Under the pieces are notes generated by a model. That model did no database searches and had not been told where the DNA came from. It saw only the letters and a program-made list of their open reading frames with translations. A stretch of 64,000 bases of DNA from Selaginella moellendorffii (Eukaryota; Plantae; Lycopodiophyta), in the NCBI RefSeq assembly GCF_000143415.4, contig NW_003314306.1:1120815-1184814 (forward strand). Reading direction: 5' to 3'. This document shows positions 12,980 through 27,085 of this stretch, one piece after another. A program made the position numbers and the translations under genes. Every line of letters begins with the position of its first letter. Positions within the stretch are counted from its first letter, which is position 1.

Positions 12980-14661
12980 AGTAAGATGGTTTCCTTGATA
13001 GGATGTTGCTTTTGTAATTGTTAATTTGCCTCCACTTCTTTGCAAACTCATCTTAACTCATATTAATTTGGTGTATAATGAAATCCTTGTGAATGTAAAA
13101 TGCTAAAAATTCATCGCCACTTCTTTGGTCTTTTCATTGATTTTCTACAGTTATTGCTTTTTTTTATCTTTCTCCTTTTTCATCCTTTTTGTGTATTAGA
13201 GAGCTATACATTTTCCTTTCTATTCATCATTCAAAGTTAGTTCATTATGGGAAAAAAAGTTTAAAAATTAAAAAATAAATATAAATCATATTTCTTACTT
13301 TGAAACACATGTTGTTCCATCAAAAGAGATAATTCTTGGAGGAGATAATAATAATAAAATTGTAAAAGAGGAATTTTCAATTCCCCCACTGTGAAATCCT
13401 TGCTGTTTCAAAAATGCATTCAAAATGAAGTAAGAAAAAAATTGGAAAACATTACCTATCTCAAGGAATTGAAGGTAACTTACATTGCAAGAAATACTTG
13501 GAATAAATCCAATCATTAAATTGAATGTACAAATGCCAAGCTAAAAGCCATTGTAAAAACTTGCTAAATAAAAGAGAAAAGCCAAAGAAAAAATGAGAAG
13601 TATCTAAATCAAAATTGCATTTAACATAAATCCCATGCAAGCACTTAAAAAAGAGCCTCCGCTTCCTTGGAAATTGAGAAAAATAAGTAAAACCCTAGAA
13701 TTATAGAGTTTAAGCTATTAATAAACTAGAATATGAGTCAAATTGCAACCATAGATAAGGTGAGGGTGAGCAATTCTCCATTTATTGCAAAATTCCTCTC
13801 TAAATTATAGCAAAAATCACCCCAAAGCCCTCCAAAAACTCGCACCCTTACATAGTAGCAAAATTAGAGTAAGCAAAATTTTTTAGATGAAGTGGCAATT
13901 TAATCATATGGCATTGTTTGTTTTACCTGGTTTATGGAGTACATTCCCCCTTTCCCCATTTGGGTGCCATGTCACAAGGGGGGGCACATGGAACCTAGAG
14001 TTTAATTTCTCTCCCTTGGAAAATTTCCCTCTATGGTGGAGTATAGAAACCTACCCTCCTCCACCACCCCTTATCTTCATCAGCAAGAATTTTTGAGAGC
14101 AGCATTTGTGGAAGAATGGTTAACTATCACTTCCAAGAGGCTTCTAGCGAGCACAAGGTCCCTTCTATTATGGTATGCTTCCTTTTTTAAGCCACCCAAT
14201 ACATATAGACAAGCTAGATGTGGAAGGCCTCTATCGGAAGGTGGCACATGGATCATGCCATGATGTAGATCCACCTTTCAATGATTACAATGGATAAGTG
14301 AAATCAAGTGACAAAACCCTATTCTATTTGCTCCACACTATTGCCATTGATCACATCGCATTTAGCTGCTGCAGTCTAGGCCCAAGTTTGGCAGCACATT
14401 TGCGGGACTTTGGGGACGAGTATTGGAGGCACTAGGGTTTTGAGGAGTCGTCATGGCATGGAGTATTGGGGTAAGTTCTTTTGTGAGATCCTCACAATGT
14501 TTGTAGCTCACAAACTCACTATAGTGGAGGGAGGCCTTGAGCAAGCTTATGCCTTTGCTGTATCAACACAAGGCAAATGAAATAGAGGCTAACCTTGAAT
14601 CCTCTTCCTCTACTGCCCAGAGTAGGACAAAGGAGGTGCTTGCTAATGCAAGGGAGAACCC

Positions 14662-16385
14662 TGTAAGCGACTAATTTTTCCATTCTACTTTAGTCACTTA
14701 ACCACACCTCCGACCACTTGGAGGAGTCTCATTCACAACCTCTATAAGTCCAATTCAGGACTTGGGACTTGCTAGCCCCAAGAATGGCATCCATGCCACC
14801 CAACACTTGCACCTGGTCCAAGTGCTCACGTGTTCGGTCCCAAGACCGACACCCAAAGGTACCACTGACATATCGGCCCGTTACGCTAAGGCCATGCCCA
14901 TTCACCTTTGCTGCACTAGGGGTCCAATACCACTTGCATCACAATCCCGTCTCTCCAAGACTGGGCCATCCGTCCACGAGTGGTCATCCTAGATCCACTC
15001 CTTAGCATCCTTAGGATGCCTACAGACCTAGGGAATAGCCTTCCCCAAAGTCCCTTTGTCAGTTCTTGCCAAGTCCCTTTTCTGTCCATGGCCATGTTCG
15101 CCAACACTGCCACTCGATCAAGGCCCACAAGCCCGACCACTAAGTCCCATGGTCCTCTGGGACTTCCTCACCATGTGACTATATCTTTAGTCACTACACT
15201 AGAGGATTGCTCTTCCTCCTTTCCCCCAGTTGGGACTCAGGGACAACATTTCGGAACACCATGGGCCTACGCGAGCCCTGTGGGTACTCTCCCCACCTTC
15301 CCCCTTTAGGTGCTCTAGCCATGGGCTTAGAGCAAGGTTCCATTGAGCCACGCCTGGTATCCAAGTAGGTAGTGCCACCTACACTTGGACTGGGAGCATC
15401 GGCCAGTCGATCTCCCGGGGGAACTAGAGCCGGCTTTTGAACACTTCACCAAGCTACCCCACTTGTCGGTCCGTGTTCACTCTAGTCTTGGACTTCCCAG
15501 TGGTCAGTTCATCACCCAACACTGGGTCTGGCCTTCCTGGGCCAAACTAGCCTTTCCTGGCCAAACTGGCTCCACTGCAGTCCTCCCCCTACTATACTTT
15601 TGGAGCTCACCAAACCCCCCAGGGTTTGGGAGACGAACGCTTTGGGCTTTCACCCTCTCAGACTCGAACTCAGACTCGGACTCGGACTCGGACTCGGACT
15701 CGGACTCGGACTCGGACTCGGACTCAGACTCAGACTCGGGCTCGGGCTCGGTCTCAGCCTTGGCCTCGGTCTCAGTCTCGGTCCCGGTCTCGGTCTCGAC
15801 CTCGGACTCCATCTTGGGTCCTTCTTGGACTCCATCTCGGACTCCGCCTCAGTCCACCTCGGACTCCATCTCGGGTCCATCTCGGACTCCATCTCGGGTC
15901 CATTTCGGACTCTGTCTTGGTCCACCTCGGACTCTATCTCGGACTCCATCTTGGGTCCATCTCGGACTCCATCTCGGACTCCATCTCGGGTCCATCTCGG
16001 ACTCCAATCGGACTCCATCTCGGGTCCATCTCGGACTCCACTTCGGGTCCATCTCGGACTCCAGCTCGGGTCCATCTCGAACTCCGTTTCAGACTCTGTC
16101 TCGGACTGCATTTTGGACTCCGTCTCGGGTCCATCTCGGATCCATCTCGGACACTTCCACGTGTCATGTGTTGGTCCCTTTTGGGTCCCCTTTTGGAGCC
16201 TTGCTTATTGGTTGCCTCGTGCTCGCTCCTTGAGCACTTTGTTGGGAGTTCCACTCTCGCTCTCAACCTTCCAAGTCGAAGCTTTTAGTCCAAACGTGTT
16301 ATGCTTGTTTGGCTTTCGCTTCGGCCACTACCACGTGGCACCCTTTCCGGCTCCACTTTGGGGCCTAGGGATTTTGTGTCTCACA
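14662..16385 (-). mobile_element. Solo LTR family B (1724 bp)
   Basis: TGTAAG...TCACA ends; perfect TSD AACCC (14657-14661, 16386-16390); reverse-complement homolog of 34370-36036; strand inferred from motif shared with family A. Confidence 0.85.
15660..16150. repeat. Minisatellite within LTR-B
   Basis: (GACTCG)n hexamer run followed by interspersed CTCGGACTCCAT (12 bp) and CTCGGGTCCAT (11 bp) units. Confidence 0.95.
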
Positions 16386-16864
16386 AACCCCTTCACACAA
16401 GGTAGAGTGTTTATGCCCTTCATACAAAAACTGCTAAACACGGGAGATCTTTGGACTACAACAACTATAATGAAGTTTGACAGCCATCTAATGAGAAGAT
16501 GACAGACCATGGTACTGGGTATGGCATGTCCCATAGTAGATTTCTTAACATGAGTGGCAACCTAAAGAGGACTATCCTTAAAGTCTTAGTCTATATGGCT
16601 CTACTAGAGTGGATAGGACCCTCAACACAAGATAACACTTAACAGCTTGTAGAACTTCTGGGGGCAAGAGCTAGTTATAAATATGTTTATAAATGAACAA
16701 CATTAGAAGGTATAATATCTTAGAATATCTAAATATAATTTAGGTATATCCATTATCATATATACATTTGTTTAAGCAAACCAAAAATTATGAGTAAAGA
16801 TAAATAATTTATGAGTAAAGATATAATGAATATAATTAAATAATTTTAAGTCATTTACATATAA

Positions 16865-17500
16865 ATATATAAGGTTCAGATATACACTTATCCTGCCATA
16901 TACTATTATTAGTGTAATGGGATTTTGATAGCCATCAAATTGGTTTTGATCTAAATCACTCACTCTTGTATATAAATTATTCAGCTAATTGAATATGTAC
17001 ATTTTGAATATGCAAATTTTCATATAAAATTTTAATTTCCTTTGGTGATTGATACCGAATAAGAACCTTGATTGCATGAGCATCCCCAGTTGGAATAAAA
17101 TGAAGTAGCATAATTTTGGTTTTCCTATAAAACTGAAAATATTTTGGTAAAATTTTAATAAAAAATGTTTTTAAATTATTTTTAATGAACATATTAGTGA
17201 TACAATATATAACAAATATTAAATTTATTTATTAATAAGGGTAAAGTCATAAAAATATGAAAATTAGTAATAATAATAAATGTAAGTTAATAATATAAAA
17301 CTTAGAAATCATAGTCTAAAATATAATAATACCTTGTGAGTGAATGAAATATAGAAATGTGCATATTCAAGTAGCCCAAAAACCATAAGTTACATATAAA
17401 AATGAGTGGTTCAAATTGAAACAAATCCAGCATCCATCAAAATCCCACTATATTAATAACAATACATAGTATCAAAGTTGTATATATAAACCTCACATTA
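16865..17500. repeat. AT-rich degenerate inverted repeat (MITE/MULE-like relic)
   Basis: ~16865-17010 is a reverse-complement match to ~17350-17500; partial third copy ~18430-18490. Confidence 0.5.
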
Positions 17501-18768
17501 TTGATAGACTAGGATTTGGAGAGATATTTAAGGATGCCTTGATGTAGATAGTGTAACTTGTTTTTCATTTCTTTTTACAAAATGCTTTAGCCATTGTATA
17601 TGCATAATTTTTAGAGGATAAATTTGTTAAATGGATCCTTTTATTTTATATGGAATTAAATATGTTAGAGTAAATTAAGTTGGGCATATTATGGCTAGCA
17701 TTTTGACAATATCTTGTAAGATTTGTATATACATTTGTTATAGTCACTCTTTATGATGCTCTTCGATTGACACAATGGTGGAAGACATCAACTCTTTAAC
17801 ATGTATTTTAAATCTACTTCTCAAAGAAGAGGATCATGTTCTAATAGAGGTTGATACTATTGTTGTTAAATGCATTTGTTATTACATTTATTATTGATGG
17901 TAGATATTTCCTCCTTTACAAGTGGTGTTTCAACATTTTTATTTGAAATGGATTCTTTTGGATAATAATCTTACATTTATGGTTTAAGCATTTCATATAT
18001 TGATGTCTTGGCTAAGGATACACCACACTTTTATAAATGTTTATCATTTACAAATGCATGGTTTGGTGGAATTATTAATTTGGACCTTTAAGGGGATGAT
18101 TGTAAAGTATATAAATTTTCAATATTCAGATTAAAATGGTTATTTATTATTTCTTAAGTATATGTAAGTCTTGTAAAGTTTCATTGATGCTTCACTATAT
18201 AAACTTTTATATAGTCATGATTTTATATTGCTAACAGAGTTGAGTTTATTTTCACAATTTCCATAAATTGTAGATGCTAAGTCCTGAAATCAACATTTGA
18301 TGAGCATTCTTAGAAGAGAATAAATGAAAAAGTTATAAGAATAAAATATGCAAAAGTTAAATTTAAATCCAAGCACTTATTAGAATAATTAGAGTTACCC
18401 CTCACCTCCACTAAATGTAATTGTATGTAATATAAAAATGTGTATATTCAATTACCCTAAAAACTCTAATTGATATATACAAAAGTGCATCACTCTCTAT
18501 GCTCCAAAGTCCACCTCCAACATCACTTAAATTAAAAGCAATCTGGCATCTATATACCTTTTTTAGTTTTATAAATATTAAAATATAAAGGAATTTTAAA
18601 AATTATTTGAAAAACCTTTTAAATTTAATTATGATACTGTAAACAAACTTTACTTTCACATAAGAGACTTTAATTGCTAAATTGATGTACAGTTTGAATA
18701 TTGCAATGAATGATATGTGATACAAATAATGCCCAATGGCAAAAAAAGAAAACTTCTCTCTTGTGATT

Positions 18769-20175
18769 TCACTTTGCTGGTACTACTCCACTTTCGACTA
18801 AATACTCGGCAAATTCGTCAATAAGGTATGGCCATGCGCCTTCCGCATCGTAATTTGACAGTGTCGGGCTAATACTCTGAGATAAAAGACTTCAGACATT
18901 AGTAGAAGTTTTAATCACGCAAGTACCACCTTTGAAAACTCGAGAAGCTGAGACCATGTGTCCTTGGAAATGGCCTTATTGTGTTTCGCCTGCATACACA
19001 ATCGCTTCAGAAACAACCAAGAGGGAACAACCACATACTTGTAAGAATTGACACCAGATGCTGATGAGAGGCCAGCCTCTGTCTTCGTACAGCAGCTCCC
19101 ACATTCTCACCGCCGTGTCTAACGCAAGCGATTTCTGGCCCTGAAACACACGCCCGTTCATGAAGACACCCAACAAAGATAAAGGCGCACGTCACCTTTT
19201 CCCTGGCCCAGCAGAACGCAAAAGCATACAGCTCCCGGAATTTATCTGCGCAATGACAACTATCAGCCGAAACCGAAAGAAAAGCACGTAGCTCACGTTC
19301 ATCTTTGAGCTCCGCTCGAAGTGCTGGAAGAACAGATCTTAGCTTGGGAATCGAATCAACCCTGGCATTCAGGAGAGCTATTTTTCTTCAACATGTGCGA
19401 AAAACGTAAGCCTTCATACCCGATAGAGTGGAAGCCTTGCATAAATTCTTTTTTTGACCATTCACACATAGTAGCCGCCTTCATGTGCCATGAGATTACA
19501 AGCTGCGAAGCACAGAAAGCATTATGTCACAGCCTTAAAAACGTTGTTCTTACCATGACGACATCGCCGGGGTCTACCTGGAGAGCAAATAAAAAAACAC
19601 CAGCTTTAGCATGCCAGAGCTCTAAAATCTTTAAAGTTACCTCCAGATCTTCGCAGAACAAAGAGATCCCATCCACTAAGACCATGTCAGAGTAGGGGTC
19701 TGCAAAAGAGACAAATGAGGAAGAGAAAGAAAGCCAAAGTATTCACGAAGGACCACCTTTGTAGCGAGAATACACTTCTTCCAGCTGATAAGGATCAAGC
19801 TTCGGCCTCGCAAAAGCCTGGTTATAGTATATATCCAGCGCTCCATCTAGATTCCAATCGCTGGCCTTGAGCGCGGCAAGAGCAGCCTTTTCACTGGAGC
19901 ACAGGCAGTAAACAAAGAGATTTTGATAAGTAGGTAGCGAGAAAAACAAGCACAAGCCACCAAATGGAGCCTTCAATCAACAATACTTTGCCCCCGAGAT
20001 CGACATGAATTGCTGGATTTTGTCTCGGCCTCTTCCAAACTTATGCTGCAAGGAGCAGTGAAAGAGCGAATTAGCACCGAGAAACTCTCGCAAAATCTTC
20101 CACAGAACTAGCAAAACGATCCAGAGTCGTATTTCACGGGAAGAAATCGCAAGTCGTGGAGAAAGAACTCACCAT
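18769..20175 (-). CDS. DCN1: DCN1-like (defective in cullin neddylation) protein, multi-exon
   Basis: ATG-only first exon at 20175; exons HKFGRGRDKIQQFMSISGA, EKAALAALKASDWNLDGALDIYY (UBA-like), KHNKAISKDTWSQLLEF, LSNYDAEGAWPYLIDEFAEYL; stop 18771-18769. Confidence 0.92.
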
Positions 20176-20392
20176 GCCGAAGAATCCTTGCGCATTGCCC
20201 GACATTTTGGAGCGCCTGGAGCTGGAATTCGTGAGCGCTCCCTCTCCCGCGTTGAGAAACCCTAGGGCGCCCGGTAGCGCATTCTGTCCCTCGCTCGAGA
20301 GAGCACACGGCACCTGAGTAAAATGATCACGTGTTCGATTCCCATCCCATCATGGCGGATAAAATGCGATTCCCTAGAATCTTTTATTTCCC
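20176..20392. promoter_or_regulatory. Putative bidirectional promoter DCN1/PPTase
   Basis: 217 bp between divergent ATGs; telo-box AAACCCTA 20257-20264; G-box CACGTG 20328-20333. Confidence 0.55.
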
Positions 20393-21802
20393 ATGGAAGA
20401 AGAGGGGGGATCGCGGCGCTGGGCAGTGAATGCCGCAGAATGGAAACCCTCGTCCGCGGAGTTCGATCTCTTTCTCTCGGCGCTACCGCTCTGCGACTGG
20501 GAGGCCGTGCTCAGGTATGGCGCTGGATCTCCTGCGGTGAAAATCTCATGGATCGCAGTGGATTTCGATAGGTTTGTGAGAATCGAGGATCGGAAGATGG
20601 GGATCTTGAGCCGGCTGCTACAGCGGAAGCTCGTGAATTCGGTTCTTGGGATTCCTTACAAGGAGATCATCATCCATCGCACTCCTCAAGGCAAGCCTTT
20701 TCTAGTACGTATAGAATTTGCTGGAAAAAAAGCGTGTGACTCTTACATGTTTGATCTTTTTTTCTTCCTTTGGTTCTTCTACGTTCTTACTTCCTCGTGT
20801 TCTTGCTGTGATTGCCTTTCATCCTCGTTTAGTTTGCTTCTTTGATCTTGTAAGTTTTAGAAAAAAGTTTCCAAGCCTTGATGGGGCAAATGAGTGTGTG
20901 ACCGTGTAGAATGCTTTGACATGTTTGATCTTTTATGGTTTGGTTCTTCTACGTTCTTACCAGGTTTTGATGTCGGGTTGTCCTTGCAAGTTTTGTTCTT
21001 GTTCTTGGTGCTTGATTGCCTTCAATCCTCGTTTAATTTGATTCTGTGATCTGATTGACTTGTAAGTTCCACATTCAAGAGAGAGGCTTTGACAGCTTTG
21101 TTTGTTTTTTTGTTTTTTTTTTTTTTTGGTTTGCAGGCCAACGATAGACGACGCCTGAGCCTTCCAGAGTTTAATTTTAACGTTTCTCACCATGGAGACT
21201 ATGTCGCAATCGCGTCGGAGCCACACCATCTCGTTGGCGTGGACGTCATGTCGCATGACCCCCGAATCAAAGAACAGCCACCCGCGTACGTGGAGAACTT
21301 TCGGTCCTGCTTCACAGCGCTTGAATGGGGAAACATTATGAGCTCGAAGCCGGACCACAAAAAGATCTTGCACCAATTTTACAGGTAAAGAATCTCTATC
21401 ACATTGTTTTCTATTCCATTCTCTTTTCACTACCGTGATCTCGTCTCTAACTTCAGGCATTGGTGCTTGAAGGAAGCGTACGTAAAAGCTATTGGAATCG
21501 GGCTTGGTTTCAACCTCCAGCGGCTCGAGTTCTTCTTTCTCGACGGGGAAATCTGGGGACAAGTAGCTAGCGTACGAATCGATGGCAAACATCGAGAAGA
21601 TTGGTCATTCTCTTTGCATCAACTAGACAACGAGCACTGCGTAAGTTTCTCATATCTTTTGGTCTAAACTATGAGAGTTTCTTCGCAGGTTTGCGTCGCA
21701 AAAGGCTCTTCGCAAGAAGGAAGCATGGAAAAATACCCGGTCGACAAGCAGCCATTTAAAATTCTCACAGTGGATGAGCTCCTTCCAAACAATCAAAAAT
21801 AA
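20393..21802 (+). CDS. Sfp/AASDHPPT-type 4'-phosphopantetheinyl transferase, 5 exons
   Basis: Motifs RTPQGKPFL, FNFNVSHHGDYVAIASE, VGVDVM, WCLKEAYVKAIGIGL; GT-AG introns; stop 21800-21802. Confidence 0.92.
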
Positions 21803-22390
21803 CGCTTGGAACTCTTGAAAACTCTGTGTCTTATCACTCCAAACTTCCGTGGAAGTATCGTAACCGTCAGGCTTCTGTGGATTCCAATCGTACGCCTCGC
21901 GTAAAATATGCCAGCATCTTTTCTATCTGGACACGTGGAGCTGCGCACTGTTTAGAAGTGTCCCAATGCGGCTACGCCACGTATTCGCCACCTGTCAAAC
22001 CAGTCTGACGTGGGATGCTAGAATATGCCGCCGAAGCTGGAGGCTTGGTTCCCGAGGCTGGACTTTTGTGTAGTAGTGGTTTTGTTTCATTTGGCAGTGT
22101 TTGTGGAAGGAGGAGGCTATGGCGCGTCGCGGCGAGGTCTTGTCCCTGGCGGCCGCTCTCGAAGAAATGCGATGCCTCGCGAAGGCGCTCGGCATCTAGA
22201 TGCGGAGCTCACGGCGCGGCAGTGTTTCTTCCATCCCCGGGCAGGGAGATTTCGAGGTTTCTGGTCTCAAGCAGCTGGAGCTAGGGCGCATTGGCTGTGG
22301 ATGAGGGATCGCCGGAATCGCAGGCCGCGGATCTGATCGTTCCGGTAGCGCTAGGGTTTTTGTTTCACTGTTCTCGCTTCGTCCTCCGCC

Positions 22391-23723
<1,333 letters not shown>

Positions 23724-24077
23724 GCAAGGCAAGTTCCATCTTACTGTTCTTCTGGGGGCTTAAGTTTGAGGGGAGAGGGAGAGAGGAGAGAGGGATCGAT
23801 CGAGCTGCGGAAACCAGGAAGGAATTTGATGGGGTATATGTATAGCGTCGAATGTAGTTCGCTTGGTTGGGGGAGCAAAAAAAAAGAAGAGAAAAGAGAG
23901 AGGAGCTGGCTGTAACATTTGCAGAAGAAGGCCACGGCTTGTTCTTGTGCAAGAATTTTAGATGTGGGAGTGGAGGCTTGCAAAAAGGTCTATTCTTTGA
24001 TTTCGTTCTTTGTTTTTTACCTTTCGTTTTTGTTATAAATTTTTTGGTTTAGTGGACACTTGCAACTTCTTTAATCT

Positions 24078-26250
24078 GCCATCCAATGGCTAGAAATTCC
24101 TCACATTCTTGTCGGTAATCTTCCTCCTGAGTTCCTTGCCACCTTCTCTGTATGTTCTTCTAAGAATATGTCTTAGTCTTCATTGAATGCATGTGTAATC
24201 CGTAATTATGTGAAGGGTAGTAGACCTGGAACAAGTAGTTTCTACTTTAAAGGTTTTTTAACTTTTTATGTTCTTCTCTTTAGAGACATCGATGGCTGCA
24301 TTGCAAGTGAGAATCCAAATGTGCATATTGGCTAAATCAGGCCAATGTGAAGCAATCCTTCTTCACTCTGTCGCACGACTCTTTCTTCTAAATCACTGCA
24401 AGATGCTCAAGATCTACCTGATGAACATTGAGACTAATAGTGAGGAAATGAATGTAAACATTGAGGAGATGAGTAGAATGGCATTAGTAACAATTATGAA
24501 GAGGATCAATTCTCTGGTTGTTCTCAATGTCTAGGAAAGTGAAAAACAAGCAAACAAATCTATCTTTGAGATAAATGGTGAGGAAATAATACTTTTTACT
24601 TGACGAATATGGAGGCTACTAGTGAGGAAATAACACTTTTAGATGTGAATAATGAGAAGATGAGCAAAATGGCATTAGTAACAATTATGAAGAGGATCAG
24701 TTCTCTTGGCTGATCTCAGTGTCTAGGAAAGTGAGAAACAAGCAAACAGTACCTTTAATTAACTGCAAGCCAACAAAACCAATGAGAAATAAAAAGGAGG
24801 GTCAGAAGGAAATTAACCATTTGCTCTATGAATATTGCAAGAGGAAAAGAAAAACACATGAAAATCTCATCAATTCGGGATATAGTTAAATAACTACTTC
24901 TTGGCTAGAATTTGAGGAGGATACCACCAGATTTTTTGAGCTTCTCTTTCTGCCATGAAAATATTGAGTGAAAATTTACCACTGGATGATGAGATTGCTA
25001 CCCTGACAGCACTAGGTTGTAGCTTCAATCCAAGAACAAAAGCTCCCTATTCCAAGGCGCCCTTATGCCATTATTGCAATGTTGATTTGAACATGTTGTT
25101 CAAAGTGTTTAATTAATTATTAGTAAATACTTTATATTAACAGAATTAATTAAAAGCCAGAAAACAAAAACATATACTATGAATAGGGGCTAAAGTCTCT
25201 AAGAAAAATATATCAGGTCTCAGTTCTTATAAGTAGAGAACATTCCTGTTGTACAATGGATCAATGCACATAGATTTTGGTTTGCAAATTCCGGCTCGAA
25301 TAAAAGGATGTTCATGGTCATTAAAGANNNNNNNNNNNNNNNNNNNNNNNNNNNNNNNNNNNNNNNNNNNNNNNNNNNNNNNNNNNNNNNNNNNNNNNNN
25401 NNNNNNNNNNNNNNNNNNNNNNNNNNNNNNNCCTAGAACGCAATGTCAGCTACGCGTCGTTGATCTTATAATCTATATAACTCCCCGCACTCAGATCTTA
25501 GATTGTCCACCCACTCACTCCTGTTATCCTATGGCCATTGTACACTACTCAACTCATGCGTGGCTGCATTGTCGGGAAGCGATGCTCCGGAAACACTTTT
25601 TCATTTGTTCCACGCTTTTGCTGGGAAAGTTGGCTTGCACCCTCGAAGAGCGTGCAATCGATGTAGATAGTGTAATCGACCATGTAGTTCTTGCGATCCC
25701 ACACTTTGCAGAGCCAGTCGAATAACCTTGGGTTTGCTTTCCCAGCACTGCCTAAGCATTCTCCACCTTAGCTGGTATGTTGCCCACGACAACCTTTGGG
25801 GAAAATCATCACCTGTGGGTAGGTCATGTTTTCCCAGAAATATGCTGGTAGCTCGTCTTGTTCATCTTGCTGCTCGTCCAGCAACTTCCCAATCTAAGAT
25901 CGGGAAGCGCTCTTGTCCTCTCTGATAGCTCCTTCATTTTCTTTCCCAACCACTCGTCATTCTCTCCTGGTGTCTTACTTTTGATCTGTTCATACCTTTG
26001 GATGATAGTCCTTAAAGCTATTCCCGCCCAGGGAAGAAAAACGTCCTTCCAGATCGATGTTCGAGAAGCCATCTTTTGCTCTTCAGCAAATGCTCGGTTG
26101 TTCGCAAAGGACACCAGCTCTCTAGTCTATCATCCAAGAAGGATCTCAACTTTCCACTGCTACTTGCCCTATAGTTTTGTTTGAACCCTCTAGTCTTCGT
26201 CCTCCAGCTTATTGTTGTTGAATTGGCATTTTCTATAGACAATGATCTCA
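24078..26250. repeat. Duplicated block with orphan gene relic, copy 1
   Basis: 24078-24490 matches 40309-40620; 25220-26250 matches 40810-41575; internal ~180-bp tandem repeat 24430-24745. Confidence 0.75.
25328..25431. other. Assembly gap
   Basis: Run of N. Confidence 1.
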
Positions 26251-26429
26251 GAGGGGCAAGATTCACATTGCGGAATGAATACTAAGCTTAAAGTACTTGC
26301 TGGAGCAAACTCAGCTCAACAAAAAGCAGAGACGATGGATGGAGAAGCTGCAAGCTCTGGATTTTACAATCGAGATCCCCAGGATGAGTCGTTGGGACCC
26401 CTCTTCAATAGGCTCTTTACACTGCCTTC

Positions 26430-27085
26430 AAGGACGGCTTGATGTGGAGGGTGGATGGCAGCAATAAAGAGACAGTTCTATTGGAAAGGGATGCAAAGTG
26501 AAGTAAAACTCTAGGTAAGAGAGTGCACAGTTTGCTCAAGACAAAGACAGTAGCATCCCTGGGGCTGCTGAAACCACTCTCAGTTGCTCAAGCTCAGTTT
26601 GCATCAATAATGATGGATTTTGTCTCAAGATTGCCAAAGGCTGCTGGTTTTGATGCCATCATGGTGGTAGTTGACCGGCTCACCAAGGTCAGTCATTCCA
26701 TCCCCTTGGCAATGACAGCTCGAAAGATGGTAGAGCTTTTTTGACAATATCTCGAGATAATCTCCGATCAAGATTCCAGGTTCTTGAGATGTCCCTCTTT
26801 CAGGTCATGGGGACCAAGCTGAGCTTCAGCTCTGCATACCATTCTCAGACATACGGCCAAACAGAGAGGGTAAACCAAACAATGGAAATGTACCTTTGAG
26901 GCTACACCTTGGACAAGCCAGGGAGCTGGGTGAAGTGGCTACCGGTTCTTATGTCAATTGGGATGGAAGGCCCTGAGGTACATCCAAGCTACAGGCTCGT
27001 TTATTCGGGCCGTTTCAAGTGCTCCAAGTCATCAACGAACTGGCATACCATTTGGACTTGCGTCTGCATGATGTCTTCCTGTATC
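26430..27085 (+). pseudogene. Ty3/gypsy integrase remnant
   Basis: QFYWKGM, ECTVC, GLLKPL, MDFVSRLPK, IMVVVDRLTK, IISDQDSRF, SSAYHSQTYGQTERVNQTME, AYHLDL..LHDVF; stops and deletions. Confidence 0.9.

Noticed and set aside
15800-16150. CRISPR-like array
   Set aside because: Units are tandem with no unique spacers; eukaryotic context and no cas genes
15385-16502. Long overlapping ORFs (SD-, LG- and RT-repeat peptides), also at 34487-35341
   Set aside because: By-products of a stop-free minisatellite inside TSD-flanked solo LTRs; open in nearly all frames
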